From positions 31,066-95,065 of the forward strand of contig CADANX010000002.1 in the NCBI GenBank assembly GCA_902789425.1: DNA of 64,000 nt. Reading direction: 5' to 3'. A program made the position numbers and the translations under genes. The stretch is from an uncultured Erysipelotrichaceae bacterium. GTDB lineage: Bacteria > Bacillota_I > Bacilli_A > RF39 > UBA660. The notes under the pieces were generated by a model. That model had not been told where the DNA came from, ran no database searches, and saw only the letters and a program-made list of their open reading frames with translations. The first letter of the stretch is position 1, and every line of letters starts with the position of its first letter. Below are positions 61,460 through 64,000 of this stretch, in pieces.

Positions 61460-63268
61460 ATGGTTGTTTCAATTTTGTTTGTAATTAGTTTTATTTATTT
61501 ATTAATAGCAAGTATTTTAGTTAAAAAAACTGATAGTAAATTAAATTTTGGTGCATTTTTATTATTAGATTTTATATTAATTACTTTTATTAATGCACTT
61601 ATTGTTTTTGTGCTAGGTATATTTAATATACCTGCACCTCTTATTTTAAGAAGTATTATTATACTTCTTTTAGCTATTTATTTATCTTATATTTTATATA
61701 AAAATAAAGAATATCAAAAATATAATTTTAGTAAAATAAATTTATTATGTATTTTGATAATTCTAGTATTTTCTATAGTACTTGGATTTAATAGATATGG
61801 TAAAAACCTTGATATAGTTTATGAAACTACTGATCCAGCCATACACATGCTTAATTCACAAAGATTTGCTGTTTCTAGTAATTTATATGAAGATACAACT
61901 AATATTAAGAATTTTATTCCAAAAAAGAGTGCAAGAACATTATTTTATGGTTATGTAAGTGCTGGTACTATGATGCAAGTAACTGATGGGTTTAATAAAA
62001 GTGCAAGTGTTAGAATAAAAGATTTCATTATTTATGATTTATTTATTTTGTTTGTAATTGGTGTTTCATCATATTATATAATGACTTATGATAATGATGA
62101 TAAAGGAATTAAGAAATTAGTTAAATCTTTAATAAGTGTTGTAATTGTATTTCTATTAGTTTATGCTTATCCGTATAATTCAGTATTATTTGGATTTCAT
62201 TATTTAAATATATTTGTTTGCATAAGCTTTTTAATCTTATTATTATTTAAATTGTTTGATGATGAATTAAAAAACAAAATATTTATAGTTACTTTATCTA
62301 TATTTAATTTCTTTATATTTTCATCATATTATATGTTTGTTCCTGTTGTTTATGCAGCAGAAGGTATATACTTTTTATATAGATGTTTTATAAAAAAAGA
62401 TTTAGATCTAAAACAAATGATTAAAAGCGTTTTAATAACTCTTATTATTCCGTTTGTCATTGGTATTTTCTATTATTTTATATCACCAAAATTTAGTTCT
62501 TCTAAAGTAACTGGTGGTGTTTCTGCATTTACACTTGAAGGTTATTTATATAGAAATTTAATAAGTAATATTATTATTTTATTACCAATATTCTTTTATA
62601 ATATTTATTATAGTATTAAAAATAAAAAAGTATCGTTACATATTTTACTTTCTGTCTTTAGCTTTTTGTTTTTAGGTATGTTATTTTTATCATTTTATTA
62701 TGGTAAAACAGCATCATATTATTTTTATAAAAACTATTATTTGTTTTCACCATTATTATTTATTGAAATAGGTATAGCATTTAATGATAAAAAAAGATTT
62801 GATGTATCCTTACCAATATTATTTATATTTTTAGCAACTTTTGTTATTTATAATAACGAATATGAGTTTAAAGTAGCAAAAAGAAATGAACTTTTATTAA
62901 ATAATAATTATTCTTATCCATTAATGGAAATATATGCTTTTAATAAATTAAAAACAGGTGACAAACCTATATATACTATGAAACAAGTTGATGATCTTGA
63001 AGATGCAGTAAAGAATAATAAGATTAATCAAGAAAACTTTTATTATTATAATGATGAATTATTAAAAAGATTTTGGATTTATGATGTTACTAATTTAAGA
63101 TATAATCCTTATAATAAATCAAATTATAGTGATTTAATGTCAAAAAAGAAAATTCTTAAGGATAATAATATTAAATATATTTTAGTAGATAAAAATACTT
63201 ATAAGTTTAATTTAAAAGTATTATATGAGAATGATTCATTTATACTTTATTCTAAAGGAGGTAAATAA
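61460..63268 (+). CDS. polytopic membrane protein (602 aa) with a C-terminal soluble domain, paralogous architecture to 57871..59673
   Basis: About 12 TM segments plus a C-terminal domain of about 150 aa. GGAGG RBS. Confidence 0.5.
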   Translation: MVVSILFVISFIYLLIASILVKKTDSKLNFGAFLLLDFILITFINALIVFVLGIFNIPAPLILRSIIILLLAIYLSYILYKNKEYQKYNFSKINLLCILIILVFSIVLGFNRYGKNLDIVYETTDPAIHMLNSQRFAVSSNLYEDTTNIKNFIPKKSARTLFYGYVSAGTMMQVTDGFNKSASVRIKDFIIYDLFILFVIGVSSYYIMTYDNDDKGIKKLVKSLISVVIVFLLVYAYPYNSVLFGFHYLNIFVCISFLILLLFKLFDDELKNKIFIVTLSIFNFFIFSSYYMFVPVVYAAEGIYFLYRCFIKKDLDLKQMIKSVLITLIIPFVIGIFYYFISPKFSSSKVTGGVSAFTLEGYLYRNLISNIIILLPIFFYNIYYSIKNKKVSLHILLSVFSFLFLGMLFLSFYYGKTASYYFYKNYYLFSPLLFIEIGIAFNDKKRFDVSLPILFIFLATFVIYNNEYEFKVAKRNELLLNNNYSYPLMEIYAFNKLKTGDKPIYTMKQVDDLEDAVKNNKINQENFYYYNDELLKRFWIYDVTNLRYNPYNKSNYSDLMSKKKILKDNNIKYILVDKNTYKFNLKVLYENDSFILYSKGGK

Positions 63269-63269
63269 T

Positions 63270-64000
63270 ATGAAAATATGTGTTTATACTTGTATAACTG
63301 GTTCATATGATAATTTACCTGAGATTAAGATTAAAGAAAAAGGTGTTGATTATATATGCTTTACTAATAACAAGGATATAAAGTCAAAAGATTTTAAGAT
63401 TATTTATATAGATGATAAAATTGATAATCATATTTTAGGCAGAAAAATTAAAATGCTAGGTCATGAATATTTAGAAAAAAATTATGATATATGTGTATGG
63501 ATGGATGCATCTGTTACTTTTGATAAAAGTGTTAAAGAATTTGTTAAAAAGTATTTAAAAGATAATCCAATAGCATTTTTTAAACATTATTGTAGAAATA
63601 ATGTTTATGATGAAGCAGTTGCGTGTATAAGATTTAGAAAAGATTCAAAAGAAAAAATCTTAAAAATTCTAGATTTCTTAAAAAAAGAAAAGTATGACGA
63701 TAATGGTTTGTATGAAACTACAGTATATATTAAAAAAATAAATGATGAAAAAGTAAAAGAAACTATGAAACTATGGTATTATATGATTGAAAACTATACT
63801 ATAAGAGATCAACTTAGTATAAATTATTGTACTAAAAAAACTGGTATTAATGTTTCTATTATTGATGGTATAGTATGGGATAATCCATATTTTCATACAG
63901 TTTCTCATAATTATAAAAAGGATCTTAAAAAATGTAGAATTTATTATGGAAATCATGAATTAGTAGGGCATAATAATAATGATTTTAATATAGATTTAAA
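63270..64000 (+). CDS. putative glycosyltransferase (DUF616/TOD1-like), 3' end beyond the window
   Basis: AGGAGG RBS. N-terminus MKICVYTCITGSYDNLPE...YICFTNN. The ORF is open to the window end and is not in the ORF track. Confidence 0.4.
   Translation, partial: MKICVYTCITGSYDNLPEIKIKEKGVDYICFTNNKDIKSKDFKIIYIDDKIDNHILGRKIKMLGHEYLEKNYDICVWMDASVTFDKSVKEFVKKYLKDNPIAFFKHYCRNNVYDEAVACIRFRKDSKEKILKILDFLKKEKYDDNGLYETTVYIKKINDEKVKETMKLWYYMIENYTIRDQLSINYCTKKTGINVSIIDGIVWDNPYFHTVSHNYKKDLKKCRIYYGNHELVGHNNNDFNIDL

Noticed and set aside
1-64000. CRISPR arrays, IS elements, integrases, prophage, and tRNA/rRNA genes.
   Set aside because: There are no direct-repeat/spacer periodicity, no transposase- or integrase-like ORFs, and no GC-rich structured-RNA islands anywhere in the window.

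Overview
This is a 64 kb chromosomal window from a very AT-rich, endospore-forming Firmicute (Clostridia-like). It uses the standard genetic code and is densely packed with little non-coding DNA. No rRNA or tRNA genes, CRISPR arrays, transposases, integrases or prophage genes are visible.

The genes fall into four groups:
- **Housekeeping and cell cycle:**
  - rplU-prp-rpmA with a putative L21 leader, then trmB and obg.
  - A convergent spoVD-like PBP, mraY and spoVE/ftsW block on the minus strand.
  - pyk, then dnaG-sigA-trmK.
  - A T-box leader, a small ORF and tyrS; rpsD divergent from ezrA.
  - RNase J; ftsK/spoIIIE; deoD; an M16 peptidase pair; two flavoproteins.
  - murG-ftsQ-ftsA-ftsZ, followed by pyruvate:ferredoxin oxidoreductase.
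- **Sporulation-associated:**
  - a spoIVB 3' fragment at the window start.
  - a Cse60-like micro-ORF.
  - a CotS/APH-like kinase-fold protein.
- **Duplication:** a second, divergent trmB paralog lies about 15 kb from the first.
- **Accessory glycopolymer locus (about 51 to 64 kb):**
  - a GtrA-like flippase.
  - an Ig-like anchored protein.
  - a TagGH-type ABC exporter.
  - GT2 enzymes (one GtrB-like, one two-domain).
  - three very large polytopic membrane proteins.
  - a DUF616-like transferase running off the window end.
  - This locus looks like an uncharacterised wall-polymer synthesis and decoration system.

The points most worth a second look:
- the split dcw cluster.
- spoIVB without an adjacent spo0A.
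- an RNase J (J2 position by synteny) with degenerate catalytic motifs.
- an E/K-rich protein with a SepF-like N-terminal helix.
- tyrS sharing its T-box leader with a small unknown ORF.
- stop codons sitting inside terminator hairpin loops.
- a gene remnant at 50.9 kb.

All functional calls rest on motifs and synteny read by eye. No database search could be run.
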